Part shown: piece by piece, positions 1-11,637 of the stretch
Position numbering within the stretch: the first letter of the stretch is position 1
Layout: each line of letters opens with the position of its first letter
Assembly: GCA_003552075.1 (NCBI GenBank)
Contig: PUOJ01000123.1
Span: 1-63,169, forward strand
DNA: 63,169 nucleotides
Source of the DNA: Bacteroidales bacterium
Lineage (GTDB): Bacteria; Bacteroidota; Bacteroidia; Bacteroidales; UBA7960
Direction: 5' to 3'
Position numbers and translations under genes: made by a program
The notes under the pieces: generated by a model
The model's database searches: none
What the model was told of the DNA's origin: nothing
Seen by the model: the letters and a program-made list of their open reading frames with translations, nothing else

Positions 1-505
1 GCTGACCAGTCCAGCCCATGCCACCTCCCCACATGCCGTATTGTGTCCGGGTGGTATCGTAATGCGTGGTATATTGCCAGATCTTCCTGATGCTTGCCGG
101 TTTCCCTGTAACCTTGCCAGCGATTGGCATGTCACGCGCAAATCCCCCCCTGAACGTCAGCACGCCTTCCACATCCCTATAATCATCAGCTATAAGACGG
201 GTCCCGGCCTTGAGCCCGTTCATGTAATGAAATACCCGGTAATGCAACGGCCGGATGCTGGGATAGCTGGTATCAGGAAGCAATGAAAAGGAAAATGCGG
301 ACAACCGCTCCAGTGACTCGCAAATGGGTCCTGAACGGAGGGCGCCCGGGTTAAGGAAGTCATGCTGATGGGAAGGCATCACCCCTTGCATCAAAATGGA
401 ATCACGCGGAACCGTTGACCTGGCACCTTCACCGCCAGCAACAGACTCCATCGCGACACAGGCAAGGAGAAGCAGGAAAATAACCAGGGAGGCTGGTCGG
501 TTCAT
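1..505 (-). CDS. hypothetical secreted protein, partial (C-terminus runs off the left edge)
   Basis: My own translation of the minus strand from the ATG at 505-503 gives MNRPASLVIFLLLLACVAMESVAGG... with no stop down to base 2. The N-terminus is hydrophobic and signal-peptide-like. It is absent from the ORF track, presumably because there is no in-window stop. No family recognised. Confidence 0.4.
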   Translation of the reverse strand, partial: MNRPASLVIFLLLLACVAMESVAGGEGARSTVPRDSILMQGVMPSHQHDFLNPGALRSGPICESLERLSAFSFSLLPDTSYPSIRPLHYRVFHYMNGLKAGTRLIADDYRDVEGVLTFRGGFARDMPIAGKVTGKPASIRKIWQYTTHYDTTRTQYGMWGGGMGWTGQ

Positions 506-728
506 TTGATTGTTTTTCGGCAGGCAGCCAAGTGCGCTCATGACCGCTGACTGTGAATAAGGAAAAGGGTGGCCAGCATGGACCGCTGCTACCCGATTCG
601 ATGGACACAAAGACAAACATCAGAAAAACAAATATAAGAAACCGGCAGGTTCCCGCGCAATGCGATGGAAGATTTTTTTCCTTTAGCGATTTCTTTTTTT
701 TATTTTTGGTCATGATTTACAGCCAAAA

Positions 729-1064
729 ATGAGCACCAAAAAGCACAATCCCGACAAAATGTATTACAGCATCGGCGAAGTGGCCCGCATGTTTGACGTC
801 AACACTTCGCTGATACGCTATTGGGAACAGCAGTTTGACATCGTCCGGCCAAAGAAGAACAAGAAAGGCAACCGGTTATTCACGCCACGGGATGTAGACC
901 ACTTCCATCTCATCTATCACCTGGTAAAGGAAAGGGGATATACCCTGAAAGGGGCCCGGGAGAAGCTCAGCAAAAACCTGGATGACCTCCAAAGGGACAT
1001 TGAAATACGCAAGACGCTCGAAAAGACGCGCGCTTTTTTGCAGGAACTGAAAAAACACCTCTGA
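729..1064 (+). CDS. MerR-family transcriptional regulator (small)
   Basis: 111-aa ORF with an ATG start. MerR-type HTH YYSIGEVARMFDVNTSLIRYWEQQFD followed by a helical tail. Confidence 0.8.
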   Translation: MSTKKHNPDKMYYSIGEVARMFDVNTSLIRYWEQQFDIVRPKKNKKGNRLFTPRDVDHFHLIYHLVKERGYTLKGAREKLSKNLDDLQRDIEIRKTLEKTRAFLQELKKHL

Positions 1065-1089
1065 ATAAACCAAACTTAAACCCTGACAA

Positions 1090-3051
1090 ATGGTAGCAAA
1101 GATCAAGAAAAAGCTTCACGAATCGAAAACGGCCAGGTGGATCGTACTCACCCTAAGCAGTTTTGCCATGGCCACCAACTACTATTTTTATGATGCCCTG
1201 GCACCGCTGGCCGACTTGATTCGAATGAATCTGGGTTTTACCTCTACTGAATACGGCTTTTTCATATCCGCCTATTCCATCCCCAACGTCTTCCTGGCAA
1301 TGGCCGTGCTGGGAGGGATTATCCTGGATAAGATCGGCATCAGGATCACCGGCTTTTCCTTTATCTTCCTGATGGCTCTTGGTGGCACGATTACAGCCTA
1401 TGGTGCTTCGGACATCTTCCTGGATGGAGGCTTTGGCTACCAGTTCATGGACTCCTTCATGACCTCCTGGTCACCAGCACTCAAAATGATGTCGCTGGGC
1501 TTCTTTGTGTTCGGACTGGGAGCCGAAACAGGCATCGTGGTGCTTTCCAAGGTGATTGTCAAGTGGTTTACCGGCAAGGAGCTGGCGCTTGCACTGGGAC
1601 TGAACCTGGCCGTCGGCCGGCTTGGCGCAGCACTCGCCTTCACCATGTCGCCCCGGCTGATCTACCCCGAGTGGACCACGGCCATCTGGGTCGGCGTCGT
1701 CATCCTGTGGGCCGGGCTGCTTGCCTTTATGATCTATATGGTCATGGACTATAAAGTGGACCGCGAAGTGGATATCGACATCAAGGATCCGGAAGACGAG
1801 TTCAAGTGGAAGGATTTGAAGTTCCTGGTGACCAACCGCTCGGTGATCTATATCACCATCCTATGCGTCACGTTCTATTCTGCCGTCTTCCCCTTCCTGA
1901 AGTTTGCGCCCGACTTGCTGATGAACAAGTTCGCCATGCCCCGTGCGCTTGCCGGGGATGTGACCTCATACCTGATGTACGGAACCATCCTCCTGACACC
2001 GCTCTTTGGATGGATCACCGACAACAAAGGGAAAAGTGCCACACTCATGTATCTCGGATCAGGCCTGCTGATCATCGCCCACCTGATGTTTGCCAAAACC
2101 TACATTGAGCCGCGCATACCCATCGTGCTGCTCGGTATTGCCTTCTCACTGGTTCCTGCAGCCATGTGGCCGGCCGTGACCAAAATCGTCAGGCAAAGCA
2201 AGCTGGGTACCGCTTACGGCTTCATGTTCTCAGTGCAAAACATCGGACTGTGGATATTTCCCATCGTCATCGGTGCGGTCATCGACTCTTCGAACCCTTT
2301 TTACCGGACCGAGGTCGACAGCATGGCCTTTGCCCGGGTACAACAGGCAGACATGCGCTATACCGGCAGTTACATGGACCGCCATGAGGACCCGGTAACC
2401 GACAGGGAGATCCACATCAACACCTCTGTGTTCAAGGACAGCATCAGCGGGGATGTGGTATGGCGTGAGGTTCATCATCAGCAAACCGATGACCAGGGAC
2501 AGTTTGAACTGCATGTCGGCCAGGGGGATGTGATCTCGATGGCCGACTTCAACTACCTTGTGGAAGGACCGGATTACCAGGCTGAGATACTGGTCGCCCG
2601 GCGGTCTGAGGATATCCTGCTCTACGATGGTGACTTTTCCGTAGATGCGGAAGGTTACTTCCCGAGCCAGGTGGACACACGTCACGATGCCCTCTTTGGC
2701 CGCACCCTGCGCGGCATGCTCACCCTCTACGATGCAGATGCCAGCTCCGGCGACATGGCTCAGGATGGCAGAGACGGCATGGTATGGCAGGAAAGGGTGC
2801 GTTTCTACCTGGAAGATGATGGCCGTTTTGAGATCCTGATGGGCTACGGCCGCCTGGTATATGCCGATGCAGACTATTTTGGCCTCAGGGAAGGAAGCTT
2901 TGAAATGGAGGTGATCAAGCCGCTGGATTACACCAATGCCATGCTGGTATTTTCTTTGCTTGGCTTCGTAGGATTTGTGTTCGCCTTCCTGCTGAAGCGC
3001 GAAGACAAGACCTCAGGCTACGGCCTGGAAAAGCCGAACAAGGACAGTTGA
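1090..3051 (+). CDS. MFS transporter with a ~215-aa soluble insertion before the last TM helix
   Basis: 653-aa ORF with many hydrophobic helices and an MFS-like N-terminal half (GFFISAYSIPNVF...GGIILDKIG). A hydrophilic block spans about 2287-2933, followed by the final TM NAMLVFSLLGFVGFVFAFLL. Confidence 0.8.
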   Translation: MVAKIKKKLHESKTARWIVLTLSSFAMATNYYFYDALAPLADLIRMNLGFTSTEYGFFISAYSIPNVFLAMAVLGGIILDKIGIRITGFSFIFLMALGGTITAYGASDIFLDGGFGYQFMDSFMTSWSPALKMMSLGFFVFGLGAETGIVVLSKVIVKWFTGKELALALGLNLAVGRLGAALAFTMSPRLIYPEWTTAIWVGVVILWAGLLAFMIYMVMDYKVDREVDIDIKDPEDEFKWKDLKFLVTNRSVIYITILCVTFYSAVFPFLKFAPDLLMNKFAMPRALAGDVTSYLMYGTILLTPLFGWITDNKGKSATLMYLGSGLLIIAHLMFAKTYIEPRIPIVLLGIAFSLVPAAMWPAVTKIVRQSKLGTAYGFMFSVQNIGLWIFPIVIGAVIDSSNPFYRTEVDSMAFARVQQADMRYTGSYMDRHEDPVTDREIHINTSVFKDSISGDVVWREVHHQQTDDQGQFELHVGQGDVISMADFNYLVEGPDYQAEILVARRSEDILLYDGDFSVDAEGYFPSQVDTRHDALFGRTLRGMLTLYDADASSGDMAQDGRDGMVWQERVRFYLEDDGRFEILMGYGRLVYADADYFGLREGSFEMEVIKPLDYTNAMLVFSLLGFVGFVFAFLLKREDKTSGYGLEKPNKDS

Positions 3052-3218
3052 TCTTAGCCTCTGGCAGCCTGGTAAAACAGGCATTCATCGGGGCAACAGG
3101 ATGCTCGCCACACGACGTCCTGTCAGGCAGCAATGCCATAGGCAAGAAAGGACCGCACTGCATCATGACCCATGCAGTCACCCATAATGCGCGGCATTGT
3201 CCTTTCAGGCAAATACTT

Positions 3219-3851
3219 TTATGTATAAGGCAGGTCCGGACTGCTTTTGGCAATGCGTTGGTGGTGTTCAAGGTGAACGCCCAGCGCTTTCACGTATCCG
3301 ACGAGCTCCGGAAAAAAGAGAAAAAACTCGGCTTCAAACTTCGCATAGTGCTTTCTGAGATCATCCACGGCATGTTCCATTCCTGACTCATAGGGGGTGC
3401 GGCGTGCCATGCCACCAAAGTTCTTTTTCAGGCTGTCGAGATCTGCATAATTGACAAGCCAGTTGTGCGAAATCATATAAGGCAGGACAAAGCGGGCGCG
3501 CCCGGGAAGGATGGCCCGTCTGTCTTCGAGGATGGCGTAAGCGCTGTCTACAAAATCACCAAGGCGCAATGCAGAAAATCTTTCCCAGTTTTTTGCCAGA
3601 AAGTGATCGTAGTACATGTCAACCACCACACCGGCATACAAACGATAGTTTTTGCGCAAACGCTCCTTGCTCTGTAAAAACACCGGATGCGCATCCGTGA
3701 AACCATCGATTTGCCTGTGTAACTGAATGCCCTGCACAACAGCAGGATCAAAGCCATTGATTTGTTGGCCTTTGACCATGTCAGCAATGAAGTTGCCCAC
3801 GATCATGTCGGGATCCTGTCCGGACAGGTAAAGATGCGCAAGGAAGTTCAT
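3219..3851 (-). CDS. acpH: acyl carrier protein phosphodiesterase
   Basis: MNFLAHLYLSG...GNFIADMVKG...HRQIDGFTDAHP is the typical AcpH N-terminus. I start at the internal ATG (3851), not the TTG at 3860 used by the track. Confidence 0.8.
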   Translation of the reverse strand: MNFLAHLYLSGQDPDMIVGNFIADMVKGQQINGFDPAVVQGIQLHRQIDGFTDAHPVFLQSKERLRKNYRLYAGVVVDMYYDHFLAKNWERFSALRLGDFVDSAYAILEDRRAILPGRARFVLPYMISHNWLVNYADLDSLKKNFGGMARRTPYESGMEHAVDDLRKHYAKFEAEFFLFFPELVGYVKALGVHLEHHQRIAKSSPDLPYT

Positions 3852-4065
3852 GCCAGCCAAATTGTTGTTTTATCCATGACAATAATACAAAGAAAATCAG
3901 ATAATGTTCGGGCAGCACAGGTATGAGTTTGGCGCCGGGAACACATTTGCTCCGAATAGTAAAATTTATCCCTGGTGCAGATGGGTTTCGCTGGGAAAAT
4001 ACCATGTTTTTTATAGCTTTGTAGCCTATATCCGTTATTTGTAAATCTTTATAAAACATAATCCC

Positions 4066-5688
4066 ATGAATAAATTGTTGCTTCTGGGTGATGAAGCGAT
4101 AGCCCAGGCAGGAATAGATGCAGGCATGTCCGGAGTATTTGCATACCCTGGGACGCCTTCCACTGAAATTACCCAATATGTACGGAGTTCCCCTGAGACC
4201 AAAAAGAAGGGCATCGTAGCCACCTGGGCTGCGAATGAGAAAACTGCCGCAGAGCAAGCCCTGGGCATGTCGTATGCCGGCAAACGGGCCATGACCTGCA
4301 TGAAGCACGTCGGACTCAACGTGGCTGCCGATGTCTTTATGAATGCAGCCATCACGGGTGCGAACGGCGGATTGCTTTTTGTCGTGGCCGATGACCCCTC
4401 CATGCACTCCTCCCAAAACGAACAGGACTCGCGGGTCTATGGCAAGTTTGCCATGATTCCCATCCTGGAGCCTTCCAACCAACAGGAGGCCTACGACATG
4501 GTGCACATTGGCTTCGACATCTCGGAAAAGCTGCAGGTGCCGGTACTGATGCGCATCACCACCCGGCTGGCCCACTCCCGGGCTGGCGTGGCCAGGAAGG
4601 ATACGCGCGAACAGAATCAGTTCAAGCTGCCGGAAGACCTGAAACAGTTTATCCTGCTACCCGCCATCGCCCGCAAGCGCTACCAGATGCTTCTCGACAA
4701 CCAGGAAGCGTTTCAGCAACTCGCGGATGAATCGCAGTACAACCAGTTCTATCCGGCTGAAGATACCACGCTGGGCATCATCGCCTGCGGACTGGCATAC
4801 AACTACCTGATGGAGAACTATCCGGACCGGAAGGTGCCGCACCCGGTGGTGAAGGTGACCCAATACCCGCTTCCCCAAAAGCATATCCGGGAGCTGTATG
4901 ACCAATGTGACGAGATCCTTGTAATTGAAGACGGCTACCCGGTGGTGGAAGAGATGCTCAAGGGTTTCATGGACAGAGGTAAGAAGATCAAAGGGCGGCT
5001 GGACGGTTCCCTGCCGCGCACAGGCGAGCTAAACCCGACCATCGTGGGCAAGGCGCTGGGCATCCCGGTTCCCGAAACCCTCCCGGTGCCCGACCTGCTG
5101 GCCAACAGGCCACCATCGCTGTGCAAAGGCTGTCCGCATATCGACAGCTTCCTCGGGCTGAATGAAGCCATTGAACAGTATGGCAAGGGCCGTGTGTTCT
5201 CAGACATCGGATGCTATACGCTCAGCGCATTGCCTCCCTATCACTCAATCAACACCTGCGTAGACATGGGCGCATCCATCACCATGGCCAAAGGTGCCGC
5301 AGATGCAGGCATGCGTCCTGCCGTTGCGGTGATCGGCGACAGCACCTTCACCCACTCAGGGATCACCGGACTGCTTGACGCAGTAAATGACAAAAGCAAC
5401 ATCACGGTGGTGATCCTCGACAATGCCACCACGGCCATGACCGGCGGACAACCATCATCGGCATTTGAGCGCCTTGAGGACATCTGCAAGGGAGTAGGTG
5501 TGGAAGAAGACCACATCCGGGTGATCAAACCGCTGAACAAACGCCATGAAGAAAATACCCAGGTGTTTAAAGAGGAGCTTGCCTATGACGGTGTCTCTGT
5601 CATCATCCCGCGCCGGGAATGCATCGTAACACTCAATAAACGGATGCGGCAAAAGTTCAAGGACAAAGAGAAGGCAGAGAAGAAGTAA
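4066..5688 (+). CDS. iorA: indolepyruvate:ferredoxin oxidoreductase, alpha subunit
   Basis: 540 aa. The N-terminus LLLGDEAIAQAGIDAGMSGVFAYPGTPSTEI, the TPP region GDSTFTHSGITGLLDAV and the motif LCKGCPH are all present. An iorB-like gene follows. Confidence 0.9.
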   Translation: MNKLLLLGDEAIAQAGIDAGMSGVFAYPGTPSTEITQYVRSSPETKKKGIVATWAANEKTAAEQALGMSYAGKRAMTCMKHVGLNVAADVFMNAAITGANGGLLFVVADDPSMHSSQNEQDSRVYGKFAMIPILEPSNQQEAYDMVHIGFDISEKLQVPVLMRITTRLAHSRAGVARKDTREQNQFKLPEDLKQFILLPAIARKRYQMLLDNQEAFQQLADESQYNQFYPAEDTTLGIIACGLAYNYLMENYPDRKVPHPVVKVTQYPLPQKHIRELYDQCDEILVIEDGYPVVEEMLKGFMDRGKKIKGRLDGSLPRTGELNPTIVGKALGIPVPETLPVPDLLANRPPSLCKGCPHIDSFLGLNEAIEQYGKGRVFSDIGCYTLSALPPYHSINTCVDMGASITMAKGAADAGMRPAVAVIGDSTFTHSGITGLLDAVNDKSNITVVILDNATTAMTGGQPSSAFERLEDICKGVGVEEDHIRVIKPLNKRHEENTQVFKEELAYDGVSVIIPRRECIVTLNKRMRQKFKDKEKAEKK

Positions 5689-5691
5689 GTA

Positions 5692-5827
5692 GGCTCTTGG
5701 CTATTAGCTATTGGCTGTTGGCTGTTGGCAAGAAAGCCAAAAGCTAAAAGCCAATAGCCAATAGCAAACAGCATTCCGCTTGAAAACACAAACACCAAAT
5801 AACCATGCAGTTAAAAACATACACACG
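5692..5827 (+). repeat. heptamer-built hairpin element, copy A (hairpin plus conserved leader tail)
   Basis: Tandem 7-mers GGCTCTT GGCTATT AGCTATT GGCTGTT GGCTGTT GGC, then loop AAGAAA (5730-5735), then the complementary 7-mer run. Arms 5700-5729 and 5736-5765 pair at 26 of 30 positions. The tail 5766-5827 is conserved with the copies at 24988-25055 and 57847-57909. Confidence 0.9.
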
Positions 5828-6409
5828 ATGAAAAACGACATCATATTAGCAGGAGTCGGCGGCCAGGGCATCCTGTCCATTGCAGCGATCATTGGCTATG
5901 CCGCCGTACAGTCAAACCTTTATCTCAAACAGGCAGAGGTGCACGGCATGAGCCAGCGTGGCGGCGACGTGCAGTCGCATCTGCGGTTGTCGTCGGATGA
6001 GATTGCCTCCGACCTCATCCCGGAAGGCAAGGCCGACATGATCATCTCGGTGGAGCCGATGGAGTCGCTCCGGTACCTCCCCTACCTTTATAAGGAGGGC
6101 TGGCTGATCACCAACACCCAGCCCTTTGTCAACATCCCCAACTATCCGGCCATCGAAGAGGTGATGGCCGAGATCCACAAACTGCCCAGGTACGTAGCAC
6201 TGGATGCGGAGAAAATGGCTGACGAGGCAGGCAGCAAGAAAGCCGCCAACGTAGTCATACTGGGGGCTGCCTCGCCATTTATAGATATCCCCGTCGAAAA
6301 ATTGGAGGAGGCGATCCGCTTCCTCTTTGGCAAGAAAGGAGAAGACCTCGTGGAAATCAACCTGAAGGCGCTGCGTGCCGGCCGCGAATTCGCCAAAGAA
6401 AATATGTAG
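5828..6409 (+). CDS. iorB: indolepyruvate:ferredoxin oxidoreductase, beta subunit
   Basis: MKNDIILAGVGGQGILS...HGMSQRGG is the pyruvate/2-ketoacid oxidoreductase gamma-type domain. I use the ATG at 5828; the track start at 5780 is a TTG inside the repeat tail. Confidence 0.85.
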   Translation: MKNDIILAGVGGQGILSIAAIIGYAAVQSNLYLKQAEVHGMSQRGGDVQSHLRLSSDEIASDLIPEGKADMIISVEPMESLRYLPYLYKEGWLITNTQPFVNIPNYPAIEEVMAEIHKLPRYVALDAEKMADEAGSKKAANVVILGAASPFIDIPVEKLEEAIRFLFGKKGEDLVEINLKALRAGREFAKENM

Positions 6410-6536
6410 ATCGGGCTTTCCGGATTAAACAAAAAATCCGGTCAATCAGTTACTATTAGTAAGTTTTGACATGCCGGTGAACGGGAAAATTTGCCCCGGA
6501 GAGCCTTTTTGCTATAAACAATATAATGCCAGTATT

Positions 6537-9422
<2,886 letters not shown>

Positions 9423-9543
9423 TCACGCCCGGAGCAGTGCACGTGCCTTTATCCCGCCAAAGACATGGGATAACAGGGATTACTGCCCCCATGATTGCCC
9501 GGAAAGGATTCAATGACCGGACCAATGGTCTGGAGTCAAAAAA

Positions 9544-9582
9544 GCGGGTCTGCAACAATGAAGTTGCAGACCCGCTTTTTTT
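9544..9582. terminator. bidirectional intrinsic terminator between convergent gcvP and the acyl-CoA ligase gene
   Basis: 13-bp perfect stem GCGGGTCTGCAAC / GTTGCAGACCCGC with a 6-nt loop, flanked by an A-run upstream and TTTTTTT downstream. Confidence 0.85.
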
Positions 9583-9635
9583 ATGACGATTGATCAGCTT
9601 ACTGACCTTTGACCAGCATTCCTCATGGTCCCTGG

Positions 9636-11369
9636 TCAGCTCTCGTCCTGCTGCTTTTTAGAATACAGGAAGCGCTTGATCTTCTTTGTAGGCGTTTTTT
9701 CAAAGGGCTCCACCTGTTCTTCCAGGAGCGTTAGCCTGGAAAACCGGTTTAACCGCGAGTTTACGCGCCTTTGCACCTCTTCCAGGTGTTGCTTCACTTT
9801 ATCCTGCACCTGGCCGTACAGCTGATTGGCTGAAGCTTTCAGGTCCTGGTAGCTTTGGCCGGCGGATTCCCTGAGCTCGTGATAGCGCTTGTCAATCTCC
9901 TCGTAGTTAAGGTGCACCTTGGCCACAAGTTTGCCTTTCAACTCATAAACAAGCGACTCCTGCACGTGCTGCTGGTTGTTGATCACTGCCTCAATGTCTT
10001 CAGGGTAAATGTTTTCACCTGTCGAACTGATGATCACATTCTTCAACCTGCCCTTGATAAACAGGTAACCATCCTCATCGATGACACCAAGGTCTCCGGT
10101 CTTGAACCAGCCATCGGAGGTGAATACCTCACGTGTCAGCTCAGGCTCTTTGTAATAGCCCTGCATGATGTGGTCACCCTTTGCGAGGATCTCTCCTTCG
10201 CCGGTATGCGGATTCGGATCCAGGATGCGCATCTCCTGGCCAGGAATGACGGGACCCGTAGATTGGAATTTTGTACTGGACGGTCCGCATCCTGCCACCA
10301 GGGGCGAGGTCTCTGTCAAGCCATAGCCAATGGCATAAGGGAAGCCGGCATTGCGCAGGAACTGTTCTGTTTCTGCGTTCAGCTTGGCCCCACCGATTCC
10401 AAAGAAGTGAAGATGACCTCCGAAGGCCTTGTTGATCTTTTTGATGGCCAGCTTATGGAAAAGCTTTTTGATGTGCTTTTGCCGTGTGAGGGTGCGCATG
10501 ACTTTGCTGCCAGTCAGCTTAGGCAATACCCTGTTCTGATACACTTTCTCAATGATCAAGGGGACCGTCAGAATCATGGTGGGCTTCACCTGCTGCATGG
10601 CAGGCAAGAGCACTGCCGGTGTGGGCAGCTTCTCCAGGTAGGATACGGATGCACCTGACATGAATGGAATAATGAACCCGATGGTGCATTCATAAGTATG
10701 AGGCAGCGGCAGTACGGACAACAGACGGTCTTCGTGCGTCACAGCCTGCATTCTGAGCGTATTTTCTGCATTGGCAAGAATGTTCTTATGGCTCAGCATG
10801 ACCCCCTTGGGTTTGCCTGTGGTTCCCGAAGTATACAGGATGGCTGCGAGGTCATCCTCTTCGGGCTCCTCCTTTATAGGGGCTGCAATCATCTGCGTTT
10901 CCTCTTCTGACTCGACGATGGTGCCGTTCAGCTCCAGGTTGCCTAGGCTCAGGCTCGCAAAATTATCCATCAAAATGGCAAATTGCAGCCGGTCAGGAAG
11001 CCCGCCACACAATTTATAGGCCTGTTTTTCGGAGACAATGATGCCTTTGGCTTCACTGTGCTCCAGGATCTTGGCAATTTCTTCCTCGGTAAAGTCAATC
11101 AGCACGGGAACTACCACAGCTCCCAGGGAGGTGACTGCCAGGTAGGATATGCCCCAATTGGGCATATTCTGGGCCAGCAGCACGACCTTGTCGCCTTTTT
11201 GGATCCCATTTTTCATCAGCTGATCACGCAATTGCGCAACCTGTTTGCCCACCTGCGCATAAGTCAGGGCTTCCTGTCCTACAAAACCCAGTGCCGGACG
11301 CTCAGCATACGATGTGGTGCTATGATGGAGCAGGGAGAGAAATGTCTTTTTTGAGATTTTGGTCATCAT
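9636..11369 (-). CDS. long-chain fatty acid--CoA ligase (AMP-dependent synthetase)
   Basis: AMP-binding signature ILYTSGTTGKPKGVMLSHKN, plus GYGLTETSP and a C-terminal ...KIKRFLY. The start is set at MMTKISKK (11369); the longer track ORF has an implausible Cys-rich extension. Confidence 0.9.
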   Translation of the reverse strand: MMTKISKKTFLSLLHHSTTSYAERPALGFVGQEALTYAQVGKQVAQLRDQLMKNGIQKGDKVVLLAQNMPNWGISYLAVTSLGAVVVPVLIDFTEEEIAKILEHSEAKGIIVSEKQAYKLCGGLPDRLQFAILMDNFASLSLGNLELNGTIVESEEETQMIAAPIKEEPEEDDLAAILYTSGTTGKPKGVMLSHKNILANAENTLRMQAVTHEDRLLSVLPLPHTYECTIGFIIPFMSGASVSYLEKLPTPAVLLPAMQQVKPTMILTVPLIIEKVYQNRVLPKLTGSKVMRTLTRQKHIKKLFHKLAIKKINKAFGGHLHFFGIGGAKLNAETEQFLRNAGFPYAIGYGLTETSPLVAGCGPSSTKFQSTGPVIPGQEMRILDPNPHTGEGEILAKGDHIMQGYYKEPELTREVFTSDGWFKTGDLGVIDEDGYLFIKGRLKNVIISSTGENIYPEDIEAVINNQQHVQESLVYELKGKLVAKVHLNYEEIDKRYHELRESAGQSYQDLKASANQLYGQVQDKVKQHLEEVQRRVNSRLNRFSRLTLLEEQVEPFEKTPTKKIKRFLYSKKQQDES

Positions 11370-11637
11370 GTATTGCAAACGATAGTTTAAAACGCAAAAG
11401 TACGCATAAAATACAGGGCAATTACATAAAAAAACACAAATACAGTTGTGGCCATGTGAATACTTGCATTTTTGCTCCTTTTGGCAAAGCTGCACTGCAT
11501 GACATATGGGCTACGGGAGCAGGAAAATGCATCTATGGCTTCCGGTGTGTCAGATAACACCCCGCATTGCTTTACTGCGCGCTCCTTCAACATGTTTAGG
11601 AAGGCGAGCCAACAAGACATGGCCTTGCCGGTCAAGG

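Noticed and set aside
41-713. Track ORFs 41-286 (+) and 429-713 (-) as genes
   Set aside because: Both overlap, out of frame, the better minus-strand ORF that starts at 505 with a signal peptide and runs off the window. Their sequences are Cys/Pro/Arg-rich with no recognisable motifs.
3781-4575. 264-aa minus-strand ORF (also 4035-4403) opposite iorA
   Set aside because: It is antisense to a confidently identified iorA, has no motifs and has His/Arg/Gly-rich composition, which is typical of shadow ORFs.
5583-5892. Small ORFs translating the hairpin repeats (ANSQQPIANSQ / LAIGYWLLAFGF peptides). The same applies to 30904-31161, 40347-40617 and 51939-52361.
   Set aside because: The periodic peptides are a direct consequence of 7-nt DNA repeats read in shifting frames. 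Copies differ by indels that do not preserve the frame, and all lie in spacers between real genes.
6410-6536. Glycine riboswitch upstream of gcvP (contains CCGGAGAG and GGGAAAATTTGCCCC)
   Set aside because: The spacer is only about 125 nt. The GGAGAG and ACCG..GGGGCAA-like pieces are in the wrong order, and most of the conserved core is missing. I cannot support an aptamer from sequence alone.
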